Assembly: GCF_006345805.1 (NCBI RefSeq)
Contig: NC_043000.1
Coordinates: 113,708,001 to 113,772,000 of the forward strand
Source: Octopus sinensis
Taxonomy: Eukaryota
DNA length: 64,000 bases
Direction: 5' to 3'
In this document: in pieces, positions 26,762 to 39,647 of the stretch
Position numbering within the stretch: position 1 is the stretch's first letter
Layout of the letters: the number at the start of each line of letters is the position of its first letter
Notes under the pieces: model-generated
What the model saw: only the letters and a program-made list of their open reading frames with translations
The model's database searches: none
Told to the model about the DNA's origin: nothing
Translations under genes and position numbers: made by a program

Positions 26762-26820
26762 TGGAACGTACATATTATATACACGCTTTTACACACAGAA
26801 CCATTAGATTTACCACACAC
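26060..26820. repeat. Higher-order repeat: ~55-nt complex motif interspersed with CA-type microsatellite
   Basis: gcagaa.gtacc.aactat.tacacac.accacttcagttaccac-like motif recurs near 26180, 26420, 26560 and 26690, with a weak fifth copy near 26760. Confidence 0.75.
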
Positions 26821-27289
26821 ACACACACATACACATACATACATTCACACACATACACTCACGAAGTAATGAGGGCGTCTCTGTTCGTAATCATACCATC
26901 TGCTAGAAGCAGCAGCTGAATTTCACTCGAATCATTTCGTTGCGTCTTTAAAAGAGGATACTTTGTTTAACGTAGTCCAAGGTAGACTGCTTTGAATAAA
27001 AGCAAGTAGTTGTTGTGCCTAGACTGCTTTTGATCATAAGTCTGTTGGATCAGGATTGTCCTGGGGCTAAACGCAACAACAGAGAGAGAGAGAGACAGAC
27101 AGGAGAGAGAGAGAGAGAGAGAGAAAGAGATAAATAGAGAGAGAGAGAGAGAGTAATACGGCCTGAATTGTAGGCACACACTGCCGCCAATATCCACAAT
27201 ACGCGCACACTAACACGTTACGTTCAATCATATAATAATATAAATAATATAAAAATATATGCATATGTACACACATATCTGTACATACC

Positions 27290-27324
<35 letters not shown>

Positions 27325-27379
27325 ATATAATATATATATATATATATATGTGTGGTGTGTGGTGTGTGGTGTGTGTGTG

Positions 27380-27650
27380 TGTGTTGTATACATGCATATA
27401 TGGTACAGACATCAAAAAACGTAGACAAAATGAGAAACGAGACAGGCAACATAAAGAACATTCCCTTCATTAGTTGTCCACTGTTTTATCTACTCCGTGT
27501 TTCGAAGGTAAGGACAATACGCGACTTCGTTAAAACAGTCCTTCCCGCAAGCCTAATTAAATAAAATTTGGGATTTTTTGCGGAGGGTGAAAGTGGTAAC
27601 AAGAACAGGACAGTAAGAACAAAACAGTATAAACGGTGAGGGCTGTTGAG
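27380..27650 (-). repeat. Unclassified interspersed repeat (family F); second copy at about 41100-41465
   Basis: Shared tactcc..gtttcgaaggt...cttcccgc...aaataaaatttg.gattttttgcggaggg core. Strand assignment is tentative. Confidence 0.6.
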
Positions 27651-27829
27651 TTAAGACGATGTGAAGTGGGGAACACTGGAAAAACGCGGCTTTGAGAAGG
27701 GACAAACAAAAGCACGTCTTGTCTTTAGGAAGGAAGTGGAAGAAAGGAAGATGGATAGCTGTTGGTCACGTTGAGCAACGAGAGTCCAGGAGGAAGAGTG
27801 AGAGAGAGGGGTAGGGAGCGATGTAGGGG

Positions 27830-27877
<48 letters not shown>

Positions 27878-28529
27878 ATATATGGTGCCCCAGCATGGCC
27901 GCGGCCTTCGAGCTAAAACATTTTTAAGGATTTAAGGATATACGTATATATATAAATAAGATACGAATGATATAGATGCACACACATTGCATGAGAACAA
28001 GCATATCCATGTACACACCCAGATATGTTCAGATGGATTCAACTCTTTCCCCCCTTCTCTCTCTCTCTCTCTCTCTCTCATATACACAAATGCCTGGAAC
28101 CGGTTTCGTTCAATCAAAAAGATCTTGTCACTTTGTTATTGACCCGCTTGAAACTGGCGAAGGAAAACTTTAAATTTTGAAAAAACGTATACATATAAGC
28201 ATACATACATGCATCCATACATACATATATAGGAACAAACACATACATACATACAGACAGACAGACAAGCAAACAGGCAGGCATACATGAATACATATAC
28301 ACTTATATAACGACAAAGTGGAAAAACTAAGATTTTGGAGCATAGAAAAAGATAACACGCACTTTACAGATACAATCTGTAAGTGGAACAATAAAAATGT
28401 GCAAGACTATCTGAAAGTTCAGCATGTAGCAGTTATCGTTATTGTTATCCGTACATTAATGATGGAGCTTTTGTTTGTTTGTTAGATTACGGCTCCCTCT
28501 TTATAGGAACAATTCTAATAAATGACAAG

Positions 28530-29020
28530 GAAGACATACATACATACATACAATATACGTAGCTACGGACATACATACACATACACACATACCTACATAC
28601 ATACATAACATACATACATACACATATACATACACATACAAACATACACATACACACATTTATACATGCATGCATGCATAAATACATACATACATACACG
28701 CATGCATACGTACATACATACATACAAACGTGCATACACACATACATACACACATACATACACACATACATACACACATACATACACATACATACTTACA
28801 CACACATACATAAATACATACATACACACATACATACACACATACATAAATACATACATACACACATACATACACACATACATACACACATACACACACA
28901 TACTTGCACACATACATACATTCATGCATACATACATACACACACATACATACATGCATGCACACACATACATACACACATACACACACATACATACGTA
29001 CATGCACACACATACATACA

Positions 29021-29054
<34 letters not shown>

Positions 29055-29127
29055 CAAACATACATACATACATACATACATACATACATACATACATACA
29101 TACATACATACATACATACATACATAA
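28530..29127. repeat. (CATA)n array
   Basis: Direct inspection. Confidence 0.95.
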
Positions 29128-29349
29128 AATTGTTTGCAAACCAACATGACATTGTCACTAAAACCGACTGCAACGCTATACGCAAGAAGGGTTTCCTGAC
29201 AGCCATTCCTAAGACACGCCAGAAACAGAAAGTATCCAAACTATTACAAAAAACCTAAATACTAGTGAAACAGTCCAACAAAAACAGCAACTCGGTGTGT
29301 GTAGGACAGGTCAGGTATTGTTGAATGGAAAGAGAAGCAGAAGTCATTC

Positions 29350-29585
29350 ACTGTTGTGGATGCAGATGTCTTCAAAATAAAAGCTGGACCTTTTCCTGTC
29401 AGGTGTCCCAGATGAACCAACTTCACGGCAGGAGGTATAGATGAGGGCAGCTGCATCAAACTCTCTCATGCACCAAATGTCAATTGCTAAAAAGCATTCG
29501 TGAAGTAAAATCATGTAGCAACACCGAATGCATGGCCACAGCTCGTGAGCTGAAACTTGATGAAATGAAATGAAAAAAAATGAAA
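29350..29585 (+). mobile_element. CR1-like LINE 3' end
   Basis: DVFKI/KLDLFLSGVPDEP...RAAASNSLMHQ followed by a 3'UTR and a (GAAAT)n tail. Confidence 0.65.
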
Positions 29586-29871
29586 AGATGTTATTGAGAT
29601 CAGCCACCGTGTGAATGAGATGGTCGCATCAAGAATTGGAGAAAATGTAAACAGCTATGAAGAACTAATGACAAACTTACATCTATTCGCCAATAAGTGG
29701 AAGTCGATCGTAATGCGAAGAAAAAAAACTAGTAAAATGAATCTGATTTTACCAGATAAATATCGACAGACTGAGAAACAATATTCGATAATTAGACACT
29801 ATCATTAAGTGAAAAATAATTTCTAAATTCAATGACAACCAGCAGCGACTTTATGAAAGATTTTACAATAT

Positions 29872-30098
29872 ATTTCTTTACTGCCCACAAGGGGCTAAAC
29901 ATAGAGGGGACAAACAAGGACAAAGGGATTAAATCGATTACATCGACCCCAGTGCGTAACTGGTACTTTATTTATCGACCCCGTAAGGATGAAAGGCAAA
30001 GTCGAGCTCGGAGGAATTTGAACTCAGAACGTAGCGGCAGACGAAATACTGCTAAGCATTTCGCCCGGCGTGCGAACGTTTCTGCCATCTCGCCGCCT
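29872..30098 (-). mobile_element. SINE family 2
   Basis: Complete unit ending gtttctgccatctcgccgcc. Confidence 0.85.
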
Positions 30099-30559
30099 TG
30101 AAAGGTTTTACAATATCAGCAAGAGACACTACGGGCAAGCAGATTGCCCTTAAATGCAAATTGCAAACAAAAAGTGGGAATTTAAGTTATCATAAAGGGC
30201 TGTCAATCGCGAGTTGTACTAAACCCACAAGCGATGAATTTGAGAAGGGATCTGGAGTGCGAACAAACACGATTGTGATGCAATATATTTAGTTGAGCTA
30301 CGGAGGAAATAGAAACGTATCTCTCTAAAGTCATAACAACAGCAGTGAGACTCACCTGATGATCGTTGCAAAAATCACCTGGGAGAGACCTGAGTGTCGG
30401 TTATTTATAAAGTAATCTCACCGTATACAAGACCGTCTTCGTTTATCTGCTCAAAAGAACAATGTTTGCTGAGCTTTATGTGCACGTACAACAATAGTTG
30501 TTAAAAGCAAGATGTATGTGACCCATTATGTGCTTGGTTGTTTATATACGCTGCTTGAA

Positions 30560-31110
30560 TACATTCCTTCGGGATCAAGACGAAAGACGCAATGCGGGGA
30601 CCAATAAGCAGGCAGGAGGAAATAAAAATACTTTGATACGTTGTATCGAACAGCGCCTCATCAACGAAGCTGTCCATAAGCAAGCGAAACAGATTCACTG
30701 AGAGTTGATGACTGTATGGTTAGGCTACAAGAAGGCATTTGACTTTTGCCTTCACTGGTGGATACTATACTCACTATATACCTTGCCTAGTTTCCATCTT
30801 CTCCAGTCCATCGCATTACGAAACTGACAATAATATGGTCCACAGAGCTATCGATAAGAACTAAAGCTGCCATTATAGTCACTAAAAGAATTGAACTATC
30901 AACAAGAATATTTCAAGGTGACGGCTTATCTCTAAGACATTTCAAACAGTAAACTTTTGTTCTACCTTGTTAAGGAAATAGAAAGTCTTCATGACAAGAT
31001 CTGCATATAAATGGAAAATTAATTTCACCTACATCTTCTCTGTTGAAGACTTTAAATTACGATTAGAGACAGTTTGACCTGGCCACATTCTTATAAGACA
31101 TAGGAATGGA
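30560..31110 (+). pseudogene. Decayed R4/Dong-like LINE reverse transcriptase core
   Basis: CIEQRLINEAV...TVWLGYKKAFDFCLHWWIL (DY.KAFDSV.H), RIFQGDGLSL (GIFQGDSLSP), YIFSVEDFKL (LFY.DDLKL). Confidence 0.75.
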
Positions 31111-31221
31111 GTCTTGTCAAGAAACATGTTCCCATTTGGTTGTCAAACGAAGGAAGATTGCCCACCAAAAAAGGAACAATAGCTTATCTCTTCTGGCATC
31201 AGTAATATTGTAATGCTGGCA

Positions 31222-31372
31222 AGGCGACGAGCTGGCAGAAACGTTAGCACGCCGGGCGAAATTCTTAGTGGTATTTCGTCTGCCGTTACGTTCAGAGTTC
31301 AAATTCCGCCGTGGTCGACTTTGCTTTTCATCCTTTCAGGGTCGATTAAATAAGTACCAGTTACTCATTTTC
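31222..31372 (+). mobile_element. SINE family 2, 5' part
   Basis: ggcgacgagctggcagaaacgttagcacgccgggcgaa...gttcaaattccgcc. Confidence 0.8.
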
Positions 31373-31562
31373 AGCTGGTAGACAATTTAATGTGTCCTTA
31401 TGTTTAATAGAATTTTAATTCTGTTCCTATATAATGCTGATTTAGGCCTGCAACCACTTATAGTAATACTGTTGTTATTATCAACTATTTTGTATTGTCT
31501 TCGATAATAATAGCAATATTGATATCTATATAAATATGCGCTTCTGAATATTTTTGCTGCTC

Positions 31563-31641
<79 letters not shown>

Positions 31642-31672
31642 ATACATGTATATATATGCAGGTGTATGTATG

Positions 31673-31711
<39 letters not shown>

Positions 31712-31874
31712 CAAATTTAAAGGACTGAACACGAAAAGTGGTGGACAGTCAACATGCTAGATATAGACGTCAAATCGCTATTTTCCACAAAGAGTATGTT
31801 CTCAAATAAAAACTCAGCACAAAACCAAAGCATTAAACAAGACAAATGAAAATATACGAAATAAAAATAATTAC

Positions 31875-31939
31875 CCATGTACTGAATCAGTTTCGATTAT
31901 TATTATCCACAAGGATAAACTGTAATCTCGTCAGCATGG
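31875..31939 (-). ncRNA. Type I hammerhead ribozyme, family A copy 2
   Basis: Reverse complement of 32104-32168 with one substitution in the stem II sub-hairpin (uugugg vs uugcgg). Confidence 0.9.
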
Positions 31940-32103
31940 TCTGTTATAAAATACAATTTGCTGGACTAGATGCAAAAACGATTGACCGGAGTCTCGCATG
32001 CATGGAGTTCAACCGATTATATTTGAATGTATTCTTCAAATGCCTTCACTTTGCCTTCACTTCGTTTTTGCATCTAGTCCAGCAAATTGTATTTTATAAC
32101 AGA

Positions 32104-32168
32104 CCATGCTGACGAGATTACAGTTTATCCTTGCGGATAATAATAATCGAAACTGATTCAGTACATGG
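32104..32168 (+). ncRNA. Type I hammerhead ribozyme, family A copy 3
   Basis: CCAUG CUGACGA GAUUA caguuuauccuugcggauaauaa UAAUC GAA ACUG auu CAGU A CAUGG. Canonical core, perfect stems I, II and III, GUA triplet; predicted cut after 32163. Confidence 0.9.
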
Positions 32169-32470
32169 GTAATTATTTTTATTTCGTATATTTTCAGTTG
32201 TCTTGTTTAATGCTTTGGTATTGTGCTGAGTTTTTATTTGAGAACATACTCTTTGTGGAAAATAGCGATTTGACGTCTATATCTAGCATGTTGACTGTAC
32301 ACCACTTTTCGTGTTCAGTCCTTTAAATTTGTATGTAAAAATATTTTAATCTTCGGATTCTTTTTAATATGTTTGGCCACTGGTTTTAATTGACTAATAT
32401 CAATTTCTACCCTTATTAAATTTTATATATATACATATATATATATATATCCATGTATATATATTTAAGT

Positions 32471-32564
32471 TTAATTTGTCAAAATATTTTCGTCGCTAAA
32501 ATCCGCGACAAAAATCCGTGCTGCCATCGCGGATTTTAGCGACGAAAATATTTTGACAAATTAA
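32471..32564. repeat. Perfect 38-bp inverted repeat with an 18-nt spacer
   Basis: TTAATTTGTCAAAATATTTTCGTCGCTAAAATCCGCGA at 32471-32508 and its exact reverse complement at 32527-32564. Confidence 0.9.
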
Positions 32565-32614
32565 CTTAAATGTTGAAGTAAATCGAACGGCTTTTGTGTG
32601 TTTCATGTATGTAT

Positions 32615-32650
<36 letters not shown>

Positions 32651-32727
32651 AATATATATAATACAACGTATACATGTATACTGCAATATTACATATAATA
32701 TAATATATATAATATATATATATATAA

Positions 32728-32765
<38 letters not shown>

Positions 32766-33289
32766 TATATACATATATACATATGTATACAAACATATAT
32801 ATAGAAACATAATATAATATATATATATAGCTGTTATATATGTTTATTTAGCTCTCCACTTCACCTACCTGTCATTTCCTCCTCACTCACTCGCGCTCTC
32901 TCTCTCTTTCTCTCTCTTTCTCAATTTATCCATCTATGTTTGACCACAGGCCACCACAGACCGGTCTTCCTCTCCCCCCTCTTCCTCCTTCCCCTCCTCC
33001 TCTAAATCTATGAACAACAATCAAGGAGACAGTATTTATGTCACAGAGATTCCGTTTGCAAAGATGGAGCTTGCTTTTAATAAGCTTTGGCATTCAGATG
33101 AAAGCTACATAATAAAACTGTCAGGGACTGGATGATTGGTGGAGCTGTGCGGTATTGGGTTGAAGAAGAGGTCACACAGACACAGACAGACAGTTAGACA
33201 GGCACTGAGTACGATATATGCGTATATGTGCATGCATACACACACACACACAAACGCACTCACACAAACACACGCATGCACTTGTACAC

Positions 33290-33292
33290 AGG

Positions 33293-33365
<73 letters not shown>

Positions 33366-33405
33366 GGATGGATAGATGCAGACAGACAGACAGATAGATT
33401 GATAA

Positions 33406-33468
<63 letters not shown>

Positions 33469-33531
33469 CAGAGAGACAGAGAGACAGACAGACAGACAGA
33501 CTGACAGACAGACAGAAGACAGACAGACAGA

Positions 33532-33603
<72 letters not shown>

Positions 33604-33627
33604 TAGATAGATAGATAGTAGATAGAT

Positions 33628-33676
<49 letters not shown>

Positions 33677-33684
33677 TAGATAAT

Positions 33685-33744
<60 letters not shown>

Positions 33745-33790
33745 ATAGATATAGATAGATAGATAGAGATAGAGAGAGAGAGAGAGAAAG
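33290..33790. repeat. (TAGA)n/(CAGA)n/(GA)n compound array
   Basis: Direct inspection. Confidence 0.95.
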
Positions 33791-34273
33791 AGAGAGATGA
33801 GCAATTATAGGAATAAGAGAGAGGAAGAACAAGAAAGGGGGAAGACATGGAGTGAGTGATTGCGGAGGAGCAAGATGAGAATAAGAGAGAAGAAAGAGTA
33901 AATAAGGAAAATAAGGAAGAGAAGTATAAGAAGAGAGTAACTAAAGGAGAGATGGTGGTGGAGGATAATAGAAGCTAATAAGAGAGAAAGAGAGAGCGGG
34001 GGAGAGAGAGAGAGAGAGAGAGACATAACGTGTTTCTTCCATTCCAGCAATTTTCGTTTAGCTTGTAGACATTTATTGGAAAGAGAAAGTGTTTAGAGTA
34101 CATCTTGGTTAAAACTGACCGCTGGAGATGGTGGAGTTTGATGTGGTGATGGGTGGGGGTGACTGAAAGCTGGGAAAACAATAACAACAACAACAACATC
34201 AACGTTAACCACAACAATAACGATTTAAAAAGAAAAAAGAGTGAAACGAGACCACGCAGAGCAATTCTGACAA

Positions 34274-34312
<39 letters not shown>

Positions 34313-34469
34313 GGTGGTGGTGGTGGTGGTGGTGGTGGGTGTGTGGTGTGGTGGTGTGGTGGGGGTGGTGGTGGTGGTGGTGGTGGTGGTGGTGGTGCGA
34401 GTCTCTGAAGATAATTCTACAGAATGTGCCAATATCTCCAATATATGTTTCACAGTTGTGTGTAGAACC

Positions 34470-34955
34470 GAACAGCAGCAACAGCAGCAACAATAGCAGC
34501 AATAACAACAGCAATAACAACAGCAATAACAGCAGCAATAACAGCAGCAACCGCAGCAACGACAGCAGCAATAACAGCAGCAACAGCAGCAACAAAAGCA
34601 GCAACAACAGCAATAACAGCAGCAATAACAGCAGCAATAACAGCAGCAACAGCAGCAACAACAGCAGCAATAACAACAGCAATAACAGCAGCAATAACAG
34701 CAGCAACAACTGCAATAACAGCAACAACAGCAGCAATAACAGCAGCAATAACAGCAGCAATAACAGCAGCAATAACAGCAGCAACAACAGCAGCAATAAC
34801 AGCAGCAATAACAGCAGCAACAACAGCAGCAATAACAGCAGCAACAGCAGCAGCAGCAATAACAATAGCAACAGCAGCAGTAACAGCAGCAACAGCAACA
34901 ACAACAGCAACAGCAGCAATAACAGATGCAACAGCAGCAGCAACATCAGCAGCTG
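34470..34955. repeat. 12-bp-period minisatellite (AGCAGCAATAAC)n
   Basis: Direct inspection; it produces long low-complexity ORFs on both strands. Confidence 0.9.
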
Positions 34956-35191
34956 TAAGTTGTCCATTTGGTTTGTGTGTAAACTCTCCCAGCGTTGTTA
35001 TTGTGCGATGGAGGGGGGGAGATGTTGGCAAAGAAAGAGAAAGAAAAGGAAAAGGAAGTGGATCAGAAGGAGAGGAGGAAGAAGAAGAGGTGGAAGAAGA
35101 AGAAGTGAAGTACGAGGAAGGGGAGGAGCGCAAGTATTTTATAAGTTTAGCAAGACGACCTTCATCCTCATCCTTATCATCATCATCATCC

Positions 35192-35229
<38 letters not shown>

Positions 35230-35887
35230 TTTATCATCATCATCCTCATCATCATCATCATCCTCATCATCATCATCGAACCGATAAGGGATCATTCAAG
35301 AAGTTGTATGATCGGCTAGAAATAGTAGACAACTTTCCCTTAAATTCATACCTTATCGTCTCGAATGAAAGGTAAGTGAAACTGAAAAAAATGTGGTGTT
35401 GATACACAATCCCGTAAGCAAAAAAAGCGGGATGGTCACGGCTTGGTAGCCGAGACGTTGTCTTAATAACAAACAAGATGGGGACAAATATCAGTCAAAT
35501 GTAAATAATGTAAACAATGTAAATAATGTGCAACATGCTTAACGAAATTATCAGTCTGCAACACACGCCATTTGTGGCTGCATTTCTAAGCATGCAACAT
35601 GGTTTTCAGTCCGGAAGAGACACATGGTTTATCTGAGAAGTCTGTGTGCGTTTTATCTCATCTTTTGGCCGACAACTTGGGTACCATAAGACCGCTGTAT
35701 TAGTGTTGAGTTGGCTTTACGAACACCCATCGTGTCTCCTATATGTGTATCTATATCCTAGCAACTGTGGGTTCTATTGCCTTGTGACCCAACTACTTAT
35801 GTACCTTGGCTACGCGTTTTGCCATGGTTACCATCCGTTGTAGAAACGCCCTCATTTGTCTGTCTGATAGTAATGTTGATGATGATA

Positions 35888-35932
<45 letters not shown>

Positions 35933-35945
35933 GTGATGATGATGT

Positions 35946-35978
<33 letters not shown>

Positions 35979-36264
35979 GGGTAATGATGATGATGTTATC
36001 GATGATGATGATGATGATAATGATGATATTGATGATGGTGATGATGGTGATGATGATGATGCTGCTGCTGATGATGATGTTATCGAGGATGATGATGGTG
36101 ACGTTGATGTTGATGATTGTGATGATAGTGGCGAAACCTGCATAAAACAGAATGCAAATTACTCAGACGAAATACCAAAACCAACAAAATCCAGAGACAG
36201 CCTTAAACGCATCATTACACACCATAGACATGAACTCAGGAGCAAATGCTAGAAATAGCAAGTA

Positions 36265-36422
36265 CCGTATTTCAACATGTATAAGGAACCCATTTTGTCA
36301 AAATTAGGTTTAAAAAAATGAGAGTTTCTTATACATGGATAGTATTATAATCTCTTACAAAACCTTTTTCCAAATTTTAAGCCCCAAAAATTAGGGGGTT
36401 CCTTATACATGTTAAAATACGG
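36265..36422. mobile_element. Tc1/mariner-superfamily (pogo/Tc2-like) MITE, 158 bp
   Basis: TA|CCGTATTTCAACATGTATAAGGAACCC...GGGTTCCTTATACATGTTAAAATACGG|TA. 27-bp TIR with 1 mismatch; TA TSD on both sides. Confidence 0.85.
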
Positions 36423-37049
36423 TAAATCTGATCCAAATCGCACCTTTAAATTGAATGATATATTAATCACTTTAAAAAAAACATATAAAACAATGCTGTC
36501 TTATAGACAGTTCTTGAAAACAAAACAGAGCAGTCACGGTTGGAAAGCCTTTGATCATGCCCGCTCAATGAGGATTGATTTGGGACTAAGCAACAAGTAG
36601 CTAAATAAAAATAATAACAATGAAAATAAACAAAATAGAATTTGAAAACTGTCCAATATTTACATTGAACGCAATCCCATTAATTGTAATTAACAGCAAC
36701 AGCAATAACACGAACAACAATCACATCACTAATTAGATGAAAGAATAAAAACTCTAGAGAAATTCCAAAACTATACACTCAAGCCCCAACAAAACACAGA
36801 AGCTTATCAATAAAGCTAGCTACAGCAATACATAGAGAATTAGGTGTACTTAGTAGAAATAGCAGCCAAATCTCCCTCTGGTTGCACCCTACTATCTTAC
36901 AAAGAATAATGTGTTGCTGGGTAGAATGAGAAAAGAAACGAAATGACTACGATTTGAATAGCTTCAATTAGGGCAAAGACGCGGCTGAAGACAGTTCACC
37001 GAAAAACCTTTAACCACACTTTAACATCTTAAAAAAAGACGCTTTGAAT

Positions 37050-37890
37050 AATCTTTTGTACAGTAGGCACAAGGCCCGAAATTTTGTGGGAGGGAGCCAG
37101 TCCATTAGATCAACCCCGGTACGCAACTGGTTCTTAATTTATCAACCCCGAAAAGATGAAAGGCAAAGTCGACCTCGGCGGAATTTGAACTCAGAACGTA
37201 AAAACAGACGAAATACTGCTAAAAATTTCGCCTGGCAAGCTAACGCTTCTGCCAGCTAGCTCCCTTATATTCTTTTCTACTCTAGGCACAAGGCCCGAAA
37301 TTTTGGGGGAGGGAACCAGTTGATTAGATCAACCCCAGTACGCAACTGGTATTTAATTAATCGACCCCGAAAAGATGAAAGGCAAAGTCGGCCTCGGCGG
37401 AATGTGAACTCACAACGTAAAGACAGGCGAAATATCGCTAAGCATTTCACCCAGTGTGCTAATGTTACTGCCAACTCGCCACCTTCAAAATATTCTTTTC
37501 TACTCTTGGCACAAGACCCGAAATTTTCGGGGGGCGGGGAGCCAATCGATTAGATCGACTCCAGTACGCAACTGGTACTTAATTTATCGACTTCAAAAGA
37601 ATGAAAGGCAAATTCGACCTCAGCGGAATTTGAACTCAGAACATAAAGACAGACGAAATACCTATTTCTTTACTACCCACAAGGGTCTAAACATAGAGGG
37701 GACAAACAAGAACAGACAAACGGATTAAGTCGATTATATCGACCCCACTGCGTAACTGGTACTTATTTAATTGACCCCGAAAAGATGAAAGGCAAAGTCG
37801 ACCTCGGCGGAATTTGAACTCAGAACGTAGCGGCAGACGAAATACCACTAAGCATTTTGCCGGGCGTGCTAACGTTTCTGCCAGTTCGCT
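37050..37890 (-). mobile_element. SINE family 2, tandem array of about four units
   Basis: Repeated cgcaactggt...ccccgaaaagatgaaaggcaaagtcgacctcggcggaatttgaactcagaac cores near 37120, 37340, 37560 and 37750. Confidence 0.85.
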
Positions 37891-38334
37891 TTGAATAATG
37901 TGAAATTGGCTTCAGAGTTCATTGGAAAAAGAAACATGATGATCCCCATAGAATCCGTACAGAAAAGGCTGATCTGGAGCAAAACAGCTTAACTGAAACG
38001 GACCTCATGGAGGCGCTTCTATTTAGTTACGTGTTCTGCTCAAAACTGCAGCCAATTTTCTCTCAAATTACATCAGACCATTTGTTGAAAATAAATCTAA
38101 TGCAGCTATATCTGTTTTCCCCTGTGTCTCAAATTAAGATTGATACCATGTAAGGTGTGATACAGCCATCCGTCACTTGCGAGCGAGGAAAGGCTTGGCA
38201 ATATATAACATGATTTCATTCGTTGTTTTAGGTTCCAACCCAGTTACGAGCAGACATGGACACACCCTTGGGCCATCATTCTTGATTTCAAGGAATATGC
38301 AGGATGTCATTGTCGGAGGGAGGGAGAAAGAGAA

Positions 38335-38375
<41 letters not shown>

Positions 38376-39103
38376 TGCATTAGCACCAACATCTTAGTTG
38401 ATATTCATTACAGCTTAGTAAACTGGGGCGACATGAAATGAAACGCTTTACATAAGAACACACGCACTGCCCTGTTACTGAATTGAACCCATTACCTTAC
38501 GATGTGAATCGAACACCTTAACCACATATGCACTCGTACATATAAACCTGACAGATTTCCGGTTTGGGGTAGCACTTCCTGTTTTAACCACTAATGTCAC
38601 AGAACCTCAACATGGCCGTGAACGCTGCTCCTTCTCTTTTTATTAAACCACCATTAAAAAATGTGTATTTTAAAAACGACAAATCTGCGATTTTCCACTT
38701 GGTGTACGCCAAGGAAGTGTCCGCACTTCCGCTCTTTTTAGCTTACTTTTACACACCGTTGAAACCCCACCCGAAGACACAGAGCTTCATGTAGAGCTGT
38801 CTCCACACATACACACACTCACACACACTCACACACACACACACACACTCACACACACACACATTTCTACAGGTGCATCAAACTTCCACCAATTGCTAAG
38901 AAAACCGATGCCACACGCGCAGCCTTTCCGTAAAATGTCTGCCAAGTCTATTGTCTCCCTTCCTACCTTCAACACTAGAGAACATCACATACGACCAACC
39001 ATCGTCAAACTCACAACAAGATCTCTACTGCTACATCAACGCTACAACTACTTCATCTTACACTACCACCGCCATCATTACCACTATCACCACTACATCT
39101 ACG

Positions 39104-39144
<41 letters not shown>

Positions 39145-39601
39145 CATAACCATCGTATCATACCATCACACTATTTAATTTATCAGCTCCTTTCCTAGTC
39201 GTAAATCAACGTCTTAAGTGTCAAAACGGTATCTTAAGTGTGTGACTTTAACAGAGTGTAGAAGTTATAGCGGTGGTGTTGGGAGTGATTGGGGGGGGGG
39301 TGTTGTAGTCGTCGTCGTCGTCGTCGTTATCGTCATTGCGGTGATGGTGACGGTGGACAAAGTGGACGTGGTGGGGATAGTGAAGATGGTAGAGGTAGAG
39401 GAATGTGATGGAGGTGGTGGTGGTGGTGGTGGTGATGGTTTTGAAGAACAATTAGATTAGATCAGTGGACAGCGGCGTCGGTGGAGAATCGTTTGGTCAT
39501 TATTACCATTGGGATGTTGGCAAATTTCTGATTGGCTCTCGATTACGCACATACAGAGCTAGCAAACACGCACACACACACAAACACAAACACACACATA
39601 T

Positions 39602-39647
<46 letters not shown>

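Larger units (their letters stand above)
31706..32428. mobile_element. Family A element in head-to-head inverted configuration
   Basis: Arms 31706-31981 and 32062-32337 (276 bp each) are near-perfect reverse complements. The 80-bp spacer and the 32338-32428 extension match other parts of the 1262-1799 monomer. (TA)n on both flanks. Confidence 0.85.

Noticed and set aside
26060-26820. CRISPR-like repeat-spacer appearance
   Set aside because: The context is eukaryotic, the repeats are diverged, the spacers are microsatellites, and no cas genes are present.
33975-35319. Long ORFs (388, 330 and 281 aa) on both strands
   Set aside because: They are translations of a 12-bp minisatellite and trinucleotide repeats that lack stops; there is no complex sequence or splice evidence.
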